A stretch of 25,690 bases of DNA from a virus (Duplodnaviria > Caudoviricetes): the IMG/VR virus record IMGVR_UViG_3300044613_000708, positions 1 to 25,690 of that record. The stretch is one strand, 5' to 3'. Under the pieces are notes generated by a model. It made no database searches. It was not told the origin of the DNA and was given only the letters and a program-made list of their open reading frames with translations. Shown one piece after another: positions 15,730 through 24,033 of this stretch. The translations under genes were made by a program, and so were the position numbers. Position 1 is the first letter of the stretch. Every line of letters starts with the position of its first letter.

Positions 15730-16263
15730 TTATTTGTTTATAGAGTTTTTGAATTTTTTAAGTGCTTCAAAGCGGTCGTTCTTTTTTGTAGACACAGGTG
15801 CTTTCAAGGGTTCTTCGCTTGGCAAGTCAGCAACCTTCTCAATCAGGTCAATCGCTTTGCTCATAGCTTCTTTGTGTTTGATGTTTGATGCAGTCAATGA
15901 CTCAACCTTTGCAGACAATTCAGCGATTGCAGATTCCAACTTGGAAACAACATCATTGAATGCAGATACGGTTGCGAACTCTTCGGCTTCAATTTCAATC
16001 TCAACTTCAGGTTCTACGATTTCAGTAACAAAACCACCTTCAGTTGTAACCAACAAACCACCTTCAACCTCGTGAGTTGCGTCAGGTGCTGGAATGTTGC
16101 CTTCGGCAGTTTGAACGAAGATGGCAGTTCCTACCGCCAATTCGCCTTCGTACTCAATTACCGTTCCATCAGTCAAGGTGGCAGTTGCCATCTCAACTTT
16201 GGTTTCTTCGTCCGAAAATCCCAACATCGTGCGGATTTCTTTCAATGTTTCTTTTGCGTTCAT
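15730..16263 (-). CDS. capsid scaffolding protein
   Basis: Acidic protein with L.DGTV.E..G, PAPD.THE and a coiled-coil C-terminus, between protease and capsid genes. Start moved to ATG 16263. Confidence 0.7.
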   Translation of the reverse strand: MNAKETLKEIRTMLGFSDEETKVEMATATLTDGTVIEYEGELAVGTAIFVQTAEGNIPAPDATHEVEGGLLVTTEGGFVTEIVEPEVEIEIEAEEFATVSAFNDVVSKLESAIAELSAKVESLTASNIKHKEAMSKAIDLIEKVADLPSEEPLKAPVSTKKNDRFEALKKFKNSINK

Positions 16264-16301
16264 TTGTATAAAATTAGAGTTTATGTTTCGGTGTTGCAAT
16301 T

Positions 16302-17168
16302 TTACTTTCCATTCCACTTGGAAAGGACTTCTTTCAATGCCTCAAGTATTTGTTCGTCTTTGTCTTCAGGAAAGTCAAAAACGCCCTCAACGGAGAACCC
16401 TTTGAACTCACCCTCTTTGACTCTTGCCCACACATCGTCATTGTCTACCAAGTAGGAAACAAACCACGATCCGTCAGCAACCTCTTCAAATCCCTTCGGT
16501 GGCATCACGCCTCTCTCCCGGTCAATGATGTATGATTCAAACAAGCTCACGCCATCCATTATCGGAGTGCGGTGATGAGCATTGACTGCATCGTACTTGT
16601 TGCCCCTTGCCCATTTCTTTGCAATCTTGAAGATGCTCTCCTTGTCAAATACCACATAGTATTCACCACGCACATCGTCTCTGCGATAGATGGGTAGGTC
16701 GGCAATCATCGCTGCTCCAGTTACGATTCTTTTCTCCTCGTCTTGGATGGCAAACTTTTGACCTTCTACCTTCAGGATTCTTTCACACCAACGGAGCATC
16801 TCTTCTCCACCCCAAAGCAAATAGGAGATAGTTCCACACGCTTCGGTGTCATCGGGGTTGTAGTATTCCTTTGCACGAGATAAGAAGGAGTAAGTGCGTT
16901 CAATCGTTTCCATTGACAAGTTCTCACGGTTGGCAAGTTGGTTTGCTCTTGCTTTACCGACTAATGTCGCACAATCGTTGTCTACTTTCTCATTCAATTC
17001 CATTCCACGAATGGCATTGTCAACCGCTGCCTGTGGGTAATCGTTCTCAAAAGCAGAGAAAGCAAGAAAGTCCTTTTGTATGGCTGGAGATTCCACGAGA
17101 GAGACAAACTCAATCCCTGTCTCTTCGTCCCATTCGTTGATGTCTAATTTGTAAACTGGAAGTTTCAT
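16302..17168 (-). CDS. XkdF-like prohead serine protease with an inserted helical domain
   Basis: SLVESPAI, EKRIVTG.AMI.D..IYR, N..H, GSWF...V....W..VK.GEFKGFSVEG. Start moved to ATG 17168. Confidence 0.85.
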   Translation of the reverse strand: MKLPVYKLDINEWDEETGIEFVSLVESPAIQKDFLAFSAFENDYPQAAVDNAIRGMELNEKVDNDCATLVGKARANQLANRENLSMETIERTYSFLSRAKEYYNPDDTEACGTISYLLWGGEEMLRWCERILKVEGQKFAIQDEEKRIVTGAAMIADLPIYRRDDVRGEYYVVFDKESIFKIAKKWARGNKYDAVNAHHRTPIMDGVSLFESYIIDRERGVMPPKGFEEVADGSWFVSYLVDNDDVWARVKEGEFKGFSVEGVFDFPEDKDEQILEALKEVLSKWNGK

Positions 17169-17183
17169 CGTATTCAAATAGCG

Positions 17184-18821
17184 TTATTTCACAACGGACA
17201 CTCTTTTGGTGTTTCCGACTCTTGCTTGTGTGCGTGATATGTCCCCTTCGGTCACAAATACTCTCTGCTCAAATCCGCTGACTTGTGGCAATGTAGATGA
17301 TACCTGTGGAACACTTTGCTGAATGCCTTGAATGTTTGTGGTTTGTGGTTGACTGCCTCCTTTGGATGCACTACCTCCCGACAACAATTGTTTTGCTCTT
17401 GCGACATTCGCCAAAATCCTTGCCACACCTTGTGCATAGTATGCAGCGGTGAAGATGGGAGTTGCAGGTCCAAGTATAGACGCTGCCTGTGCAGATGCTT
17501 TTGCAGATTCAGCGTTCAAACTTGAGAACGCAACTGCACTATCAATTGCAATCTCTACCAATGCAATACCTTTGGCGATTTGTTCACGCTTCTTTTCTTC
17601 GGTTGTCAGGATTGTATTCAATGAACTCAACCCATCCACCGTTGCTCGTGCAAATCCTATCTTGGCATCATATACTTGTTTTGCAGCAAGTATCTCTTCG
17701 TCCGCTGCTTTTTTGACTTTTGCTGCCTCATCCGCTCGTGCTTTGTCAATTAAGTCATCCGCTTCGGTTCTTGCTTGATAGCGTAGAAGTGATGCGGTCG
17801 TGATTCCCTTTCTTTGTATACCCTCAAGTCCCTCAAAGTATTTTTCTTCTTTCTTGAGATTTTCTGCGTTCAACCGGTCATTCGCTTCTTTGGCTTCTTT
17901 TGCTCTTGCATCATTTGCATCTTTTCTTGCTTTGGCTTGGTCTTTGTTGAAATTCTGCTCTTCAATTTTTAACACCTCTAATGCGTTCTTGGTGTCAAGG
18001 ATAATCTTGCCCCAATTCTCCTCATTGTTTTTGCCGTAGTTTGCTCGTGCTTTTGCAAGGTCATTCTCTAACTTTTGGCGTTGCTTGTTAAACACACCAA
18101 CTTGGTCACCTCTTGCTTGTAGCAATGCAATCTCTCTGTCAAGTTGCTCATTGCTTTTTTCGGTTGTCTTGTTTAACTTGTCCAATGCCCTTTCCGCTGC
18201 CGAAGTAATCCCGACAAAATCGGTGAACCGCTGAACCAAATTGCCGACAAAATTGGCAATCGTTTTCAAACCGGGTATCAATCCTAAAATTGCATTTTTT
18301 AACTTGTCAAAGTTGGCAATGATTAAGGTCAAAGCAATACCGATTGCACCGAAGGCAAGGGTTGACATTTTGCCTAATGCTTGGAAAGCTTTTAACACAT
18401 TGCCCTTGATGTTCCCAGCGATAGCGGAGAATTGTTGTTGAACCTTTCCAAGTCCCTCAAGTCCTTCAGCCAATGCCATCGCACCTTGCAACTTGACCAT
18501 TGTCTTTTGCAAGTCCTCGCTTTCACTACCGAATAGAGCCATTGCCCCTTGTGCTGCTTGGAATCCACGAGCAACTCCTTGAACAACCGTGTTAATTTGA
18601 GCAAACTTGTCGGGGTTTACTGCTGCAACTCGGTCGTTAAAATCCTCCATTCGGTCACGAGCTTGTGCAAGTGCCTTCTCTGCCTTGATGGCTTCAGGAG
18701 AAAACTCACCAAACTCCATCACCGCCTGTTGTGCTTGGATGGTTAGTTCCTTAATCTCCGACTTCATTGACTTGAAGTCAGGTTTTTTGACCGTTAGGTC
18801 TATCGCTGCCGTTAGTGCCAT
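17184..18821 (-). CDS. tape measure protein
   Basis: 545-aa Ala/Lys/Glu-rich helical protein with F.AAQGAMALFG.ESEDLQK..KLQGAMAL, hydrophobic patches and C-terminal VFVTEGDI...Q. Confidence 0.85.
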   Translation of the reverse strand: MALTAAIDLTVKKPDFKSMKSEIKELTIQAQQAVMEFGEFSPEAIKAEKALAQARDRMEDFNDRVAAVNPDKFAQINTVVQGVARGFQAAQGAMALFGSESEDLQKTMVKLQGAMALAEGLEGLGKVQQQFSAIAGNIKGNVLKAFQALGKMSTLAFGAIGIALTLIIANFDKLKNAILGLIPGLKTIANFVGNLVQRFTDFVGITSAAERALDKLNKTTEKSNEQLDREIALLQARGDQVGVFNKQRQKLENDLAKARANYGKNNEENWGKIILDTKNALEVLKIEEQNFNKDQAKARKDANDARAKEAKEANDRLNAENLKKEEKYFEGLEGIQRKGITTASLLRYQARTEADDLIDKARADEAAKVKKAADEEILAAKQVYDAKIGFARATVDGLSSLNTILTTEEKKREQIAKGIALVEIAIDSAVAFSSLNAESAKASAQAASILGPATPIFTAAYYAQGVARILANVARAKQLLSGGSASKGGSQPQTTNIQGIQQSVPQVSSTLPQVSGFEQRVFVTEGDISRTQARVGNTKRVSVVK

Positions 18822-18824
18822 ATC

Positions 18825-21665
18825 TTATCCGTTACCTATTATGTAGAAATTTGTTCCATCACACACAACCCATTTCTTTTCCCAATGGTTGTTGATGACC
18901 TCATCGTCTGCTCCGTTTATTGTCGCAGCGGTTGCCGTTGCAATCGTAATTGAATGTGCTGAATTTGTTTTGAGAAACACCCAATGCTTTCCACTCAATC
19001 CTGATGGATCGGGAAGAGTCACGGTGAACGCTCCAGCGGTCGCATCACACAGGAACAACCAATCGTCTTTGGTCACGCTTGTTGTAGTTGTTACCGTCTT
19101 AACTGCACCTCCACTCAAGAATGATGGATACATCTCGTAATTGCCAAGATAGAGTGTGTCAGGTTTAGTGACTGCAAAGTCATCACACAATATCGCAGCA
19201 CTCCCATCCGTTCCCGCTTGGAAGGTTGTGTTTTTGGAAACAACCGCAAATGTATCGGTAAGATTGTTGTTCTGCACAATGCCATCTCCCTGAATTATAC
19301 CTCCTCCTCCTTGACTTACACCAACCGTCACACCTTTGATGCCGGGTTTGATTGGTATATTTCCACCGGGATAGATGTCGGATTCCGCATCGGTTTGCCC
19401 CGCAGTTCCCGCACCGATTGTCTTTTGAACTATTGATGCTGGTTCAATAAATTGCTGAAGCAAGAACTCGCACAAATACACCCCATCCTCAATTGGGTTG
19501 TAATCGCTGATTTGATTCAATCGCCAATACTGACCTTCAAAAAAGTAAGCATCCGAGAATGACAAGTTCAGCCAATCCTTTGGAGTGATGCGGAAATAAG
19601 CTCGTAGAATCTTGGAGTTTGATCCTGTAATCTCACTCAAGAAACGATAGTAGTAATTGTTGACAAGGTTTGAGTTGGTATACTTGTACCCAGCACCAAC
19701 ACCAATCTCTCTCGGCATTCCAAAAAGAATGTCATATGTCGGATTGCTGATTGAGTCCAAGTGAATGGTCAATGGTATTGAGAATTGATTTGTGTAGTTC
19801 AAACCAACACCCGCATATTGTGCGTAGAACTTCCAATTCACTCCACTAACCACACCACCAAAATACAATATCCGCAAGTCACCATCTTGATAGTTGGGGA
19901 CATACGACAAGACAAAGTTCTTTTGATTGTTGTAAGAGTTTATCTGCGTAGGTGCAAAAGCAATTTGAATCTTTTTCTCATTCTTGATAAACTGGTTGTC
20001 AACCTTGTATGTGCGACTTCCGTATGTTGTTTGATACGATTCCTGATACAACACATTCGCTTCATCCTTGCCCTCTTTGTATTGTAGGACATAGGGGTTT
20101 GCTTCAAGCTCTCCCATAGGCACAATCTCAACAGGTTGAGAATAGTCCAGTTTAGCAGTCCAATCAACATTATCTCCAGTATAGAACTCATCTCGTGGAA
20201 CGCAACGCAGATTCTTGGGATTGTCTTTGTCGGGTTCAATGTACAAATTGAACATTTTAACAAACGACATAAACATCTCGCTTTGCTTGACTTCGGAGTT
20301 TAGGAATGCAGAGAAGTCAACCGTCTCTCCAAGTCCGTATGTGTACGCTGATTGATTGCTCTCAATAAACGAACCAATACCGATATCCAAAGAGAATTGA
20401 GCATTGGTCAAATTGTATGAATTGGCATCGTCATAAACTTGTGCCAATCTCACATCCAACACATTGCCTGTAAACACCGCCAAAGGTGAGAAGTACAATC
20501 CGACTTGGAATGCTGGTGATCCGAAGTCAACGGTGACCGTGCTTGTTTGCTTCAACACTCCGTCAACATACAATCCAAACACCAAGTGAATGTCCTCTTG
20601 GAATACAGGTGCATAGCCGGTGGATGCGTAGTTGATTGAAAGGTCAACATCAAACACATATCTTCCACCAATAGGTGCAGTATAACGCCCGGTCGCATTG
20701 TTGTAATTACCACCATTGTCAAAGTTCCCACCTGTGGAATCGTTTTGGAATATAAGGATTGAGTTCAGGTCAAGGGATTGTGCAGATGTTGTGCGAGAAG
20801 CTCGGAATCTTCTTGACTCCAATGTCGCAGCATTTGCCGTCAATGCCGATGGTGCTGGTAACACCAACCGCTTGAACCTATCCGAGTTGAAAAAGGAATC
20901 GTTTGTGTAGGTGAATCCAGCATTGGTGAAGATTTTGTCAACAACCGTCTTTGCATAGAGCGAAGGAGTAAATTGACTTGTGTCCCACAAAGCGATGTTT
21001 GTCGGATGCCCCTTGTCTATCATCGCATACATATAGCCATCGCCATATGCAAATGCTTGTGGAGTTCCGTTCTTGTAGATTTGATTTGACCACGAGTCAA
21101 TGATGTTGCCACTTGACAAAGTGTGGTTGTATTCGCTGAAATCTAACTGGTTCAGTTTGCGTTCTGCGATGGTCGTGAAGAAGTCCGCAGATTGTCCGTG
21201 ACAAGTTACCTCATAGGTGATGTGTGTGGAGTCATCAACACGGATTTGAATCAACCGCAAGAAACCTCTCAATTGCTCAATGCCATCTACATAGATGATG
21301 CACTCGGCTTTGAGATTTGGGTTGAATGTCGGTGAAAATTGTGTGGTTGAACTTGTGGTTTGCTCTACCTCAAAAAGATGAGAGAAGATGATGTTGTTTG
21401 TCTTTGAACCCGGCAACTCAATTGTCTTTGTCCAATCGGATGACCTTGTGTCAGGTTCACGAATGTCTGCAATAGAGCGATTGATTAAGACATTGAAATC
21501 TTTGTAGGTGTCAAGTTTGCGTTGAACCCAACTACCACCCAATGCAATCTCTTTTGAAATACGGCATTCCTCACCTTCTTCAAAAGCATCAACAACACGA
21601 CTCTCAAAACTGCCCTCAATCGTTTCAAGCAACGATGTGGGGATTGCAACATAAATTTCTATCAT
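18825..21665 (-). CDS. large tail tip / baseplate hub protein with internal C1q-like domain
   Basis: 946 aa with IADI.EP..R....KTI.LPG...NN..F, KMFNLY, DWT.KLD, and FDNGGNYNNATGRYTAPIGGRYVF (C1q-like). Confidence 0.75.
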   Translation of the reverse strand: MIEIYVAIPTSLLETIEGSFESRVVDAFEEGEECRISKEIALGGSWVQRKLDTYKDFNVLINRSIADIREPDTRSSDWTKTIELPGSKTNNIIFSHLFEVEQTTSSTTQFSPTFNPNLKAECIIYVDGIEQLRGFLRLIQIRVDDSTHITYEVTCHGQSADFFTTIAERKLNQLDFSEYNHTLSSGNIIDSWSNQIYKNGTPQAFAYGDGYMYAMIDKGHPTNIALWDTSQFTPSLYAKTVVDKIFTNAGFTYTNDSFFNSDRFKRLVLPAPSALTANAATLESRRFRASRTTSAQSLDLNSILIFQNDSTGGNFDNGGNYNNATGRYTAPIGGRYVFDVDLSINYASTGYAPVFQEDIHLVFGLYVDGVLKQTSTVTVDFGSPAFQVGLYFSPLAVFTGNVLDVRLAQVYDDANSYNLTNAQFSLDIGIGSFIESNQSAYTYGLGETVDFSAFLNSEVKQSEMFMSFVKMFNLYIEPDKDNPKNLRCVPRDEFYTGDNVDWTAKLDYSQPVEIVPMGELEANPYVLQYKEGKDEANVLYQESYQTTYGSRTYKVDNQFIKNEKKIQIAFAPTQINSYNNQKNFVLSYVPNYQDGDLRILYFGGVVSGVNWKFYAQYAGVGLNYTNQFSIPLTIHLDSISNPTYDILFGMPREIGVGAGYKYTNSNLVNNYYYRFLSEITGSNSKILRAYFRITPKDWLNLSFSDAYFFEGQYWRLNQISDYNPIEDGVYLCEFLLQQFIEPASIVQKTIGAGTAGQTDAESDIYPGGNIPIKPGIKGVTVGVSQGGGGIIQGDGIVQNNNLTDTFAVVSKNTTFQAGTDGSAAILCDDFAVTKPDTLYLGNYEMYPSFLSGGAVKTVTTTTSVTKDDWLFLCDATAGAFTVTLPDPSGLSGKHWVFLKTNSAHSITIATATAATINGADDEVINNHWEKKWVVCDGTNFYIIGNG

Positions 21666-22789
21666 TGGCGTTGGCGTTTTGATTCAAAGGAATAACTCAT
21701 ATCAAGCTCAATGAAGAATGCATTGTCTTGGATGTGCTTCTTGACTTCGTAGGTCGTTGCGTCTATATTGACCGCAACCAAAGTGCCATCGTACGCATAG
21801 ACAACGGGAGATGTAAACAAGTCAAGCAACCACTCGCTCTCTGCTTCCGTGATCCAGTTACTGAACATCTTGACCTTGTGAGTCATATTCGTGTCGTAGG
21901 TCTTTTGCTTGAATGCCGATGTAGTGTAACCGTATGTCGCACCCAATGTGTAAGGGTTGGACTTGAATTGCTTTCGCTGGATGTCGTAATTGTCACGCCT
22001 CACCCTATTGAATCGGAATGAGTCAAACCCACCTAATGAGTTCAGGAAGAACAAGTCAGTTGTGTCGTATTTGCTACACTCGTCAATCAGGTTCACTCGG
22101 TAGGTTTCCGATAGAACCGTTCCTCCAAGTTTTAACTGGATGTCATAGTATGTCGCTGCACCCGGTATTGTCAATTGACTTCCTGATGGAATGCGAACCA
22201 CCTTTGTAGATGGTAGATTGATTGTTTGTGTGGATGCGTCCGAGTAAGTTACAAGGGCAGTTGTTGCCGTGTTGCGGATAGCATAGAGCCAATCCTTTTG
22301 AGTACGGTGAATGGTCTTGCTACGAATCGGAGTCAAGAACAAACCATTGCCATCCATTGTGTATTGCCCGGCATAGTTCACCAAGTCAATTGGATTGAGT
22401 GCAGCGTTCCACACGCTTCCAGTTGCCGATGTCAAGTTGGTGTATTCGGTGACGCTTCCTGTGGCAGATGCAGAGTATTCATAGCCAAACTCCACCTTGT
22501 AATCAATAATTGAATTTGTGCAACCACTTGCTGCACTATCGTTGAAGTTCCAATCATAGGTGACATAGTTCTCAAGGATGCGTCCGATGTTGAACACCCC
22601 CTTGTTTGTGCTGCCGTAGTAGATGGGTGCTTTGAGCTTGGCAAGTGAAGTGGTGCTTTGCTTGACCTCTGCAATGAACTTGAAATTGTCCTTTGTGTAG
22701 ATGCCACCTGATGACTCCGTAATGACAAAGTTGGTATCGTTGTACGCAGGAGCGTATTCGTTTGGTTGTTGTGTGATAGATAGTGCCAC
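21662..22789 (-). CDS. tail structural protein (distal tail-like)
   Basis: 375 aa with FLNSLGGFDSF.F and NWI.E....L.DL..SP.VY. GTG start and ATGA overlap with the hub gene. Confidence 0.7.
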   Translation of the reverse strand: MALSITQQPNEYAPAYNDTNFVITESSGGIYTKDNFKFIAEVKQSTTSLAKLKAPIYYGSTNKGVFNIGRILENYVTYDWNFNDSAASGCTNSIIDYKVEFGYEYSASATGSVTEYTNLTSATGSVWNAALNPIDLVNYAGQYTMDGNGLFLTPIRSKTIHRTQKDWLYAIRNTATTALVTYSDASTQTINLPSTKVVRIPSGSQLTIPGAATYYDIQLKLGGTVLSETYRVNLIDECSKYDTTDLFFLNSLGGFDSFRFNRVRRDNYDIQRKQFKSNPYTLGATYGYTTSAFKQKTYDTNMTHKVKMFSNWITEAESEWLLDLFTSPVVYAYDGTLVAVNIDATTYEVKKHIQDNAFFIELDMSYSFESKRQRQ

Positions 22790-22795
22790 GATAGA

Positions 22796-22802
22796 AAATA
22801 GC
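22796..22802 (-). promoter_or_regulatory. GCTATTT motif, candidate late promoter element (also at 17176-17182, 14199-14205, 10329-10335)
   Basis: The same heptamer lies 6-7 nt upstream of four structural-gene start codons. Confidence 0.55.
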
Positions 22803-22811
22803 GGTTAGGGT

Positions 22812-23260
22812 TGTGCGTCCCAAATGCACACCAATATGCACATATTGCATAATACAATGGTTAATTACACCGATTTTGGGGTAGTTTAACCAATATATTG
22901 TCAACCTATAGGTTTAGTTTATGACGGACAGATTCAACTTTAAAGTTGAATTTTTGCGATAATGTCACAAATATCCAACGATAAAGTGTCATATAATACC
23001 CAAAAGCATATAGTTTAGTCCCTTTTATGGCAACTTATATGTGTAGGGATATAATGGAAAATTTCATGCAGTTATTCGGAGAATTGCCGAGTATAGTGGA
23101 AAAAATTCCCAATGGTTGGGAATGGTATAATACCGCTCGGTATAAAAAAAGGGGATTGAATCAAACACATTAAACATCTTCCCGATAGGGAATGCAAACA
23201 TTTGCCACTAATCCTATAAATTGGCAATTTGTAACAAATACTGCCATAAATTTGTTACAA
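22812..23260. repeat. non-coding array of about 15 mutually different short inverted repeats/palindromes
   Basis: Examples: ATTCAACTTTAAAGTTGAAT 22932-22951, AACCTATAGGTT 22903-22914, ATTCCCAA-N3-TTGGGAAT 23105-23123, TTGTAACAAAT-N10-ATTTGTTACAA 23229-23260. Confidence 0.85.
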
Positions 23261-23552
23261 CATCTCGTTCAAACAAGCCACAACATATGCGTTGAATCCC
23301 TTTGTCGCTGACTGCTCTAATCGTTTCTGCCTCTCTTTTGTCTTTGCTTTGTAGAAAGCAATGGTGTTCAGGAACTCAATCAACGGCATCTGCAAGATGG
23401 TGTCCCATTTTGTCCGATCCCCTTTGACAATCTTGTCAACTAATTCCAACCACGCCAATGGGCTTACGCTTCCCGTTTCAATTGGTTCATCTCCTCCTTC
23501 AAATAGGTTAGGATAGTTTCCAATAGTTTGGGATAAACTGCCGAAAAAAAAA
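23255..23552 (-). CDS. tail assembly chaperone 'T' segment, reached by -1 frameshift (fusion about 252 aa)
   Basis: The -1 frame is open from the T9 run through 23255 (FFGSLSQTIGNYPNLFEGGDEPIETGSVSPLAWLELVDK...). The stand-alone ORF has only a TTG start at 23458. Confidence 0.7.
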
Positions 23553-24012
23553 CTGCATAGGAGTAAGCGGTGGTAACTGGAAGCGACAAGAACAATTCAC
23601 ACTTCTCTTGATAGTGTGCCTGTGCATCCGTGACCTTCTTTGTCCGTCCCAAAAAATCCACCTCGTAAGTCAGCAACGCCATCACTTTGTGAAGCGACTC
23701 AATCATATCTCCGTTGAACACTTGCTGGAGTTCAATGAAGTGGTGTCCGCAAATCTCGTTCGTTGTCTTTGCCAACTTCCAACGCCTTCCACGATGTCGG
23801 AATGAGAATCGCACCTTGTCGGTTGGTAGCGTGTTTAGGAACTCCAACTTCTTCAGTTCGGTTGTCAGCTCATCAATCGGCATTGACTCCACCTTGTCCA
23901 TTGACCAATCTTTGACGATGGCAAGGGTGTTCATTGTTTTCTCAATGTGAGACATATCACGACAAGAGTGAATCTCTTGCAGTTGGTATATGGTTATATT
24001 ATTCCATTTCAT
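23464..24012 (-). CDS. tail assembly chaperone 'G' segment (putative)
   Basis: 182 aa starting W..IT..Q.QEI, with slippery GTT TTT TTT TCG (VFFS) near the C-terminus. Confidence 0.65.
   Translation of the reverse strand: MKWNNITIYQLQEIHSCRDMSHIEKTMNTLAIVKDWSMDKVESMPIDELTTELKKLEFLNTLPTDKVRFSFRHRGRRWKLAKTTNEICGHHFIELQQVFNGDMIESLHKVMALLTYEVDFLGRTKKVTDAQAHYQEKCELFLSLPVTTAYSYAVFFSAVYPKLLETILTYLKEEMNQLKREA
23544..23552 (-). promoter_or_regulatory. programmed -1 ribosomal frameshift slippery site (T TTT TTT)
   Basis: A9 run on the plus strand forms an X XXY YYZ heptamer in the correct phase, linking two adjacent ORFs. Confidence 0.75.
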
Positions 24013-24033
24013 AGCGTTTCAATTTGTAACGAG

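Noticed and set aside
22432-22904. ORFs 22432..22857 and 22572..22904 entering the palindrome tract
   Set aside because: Off-frame overlaps of the tail gene with atypical composition, most likely shadow ORFs.
23144-23160. CCCC-T7 on the minus strand as a terminator
   Set aside because: No complementary G-rich arm upstream to form a stem.
22812-23260. CRISPR array, iterons or tRNA in the non-coding tract
   Set aside because: No repeated unit with spacers, no direct repeats, and no cloverleaf with a T-loop motif.
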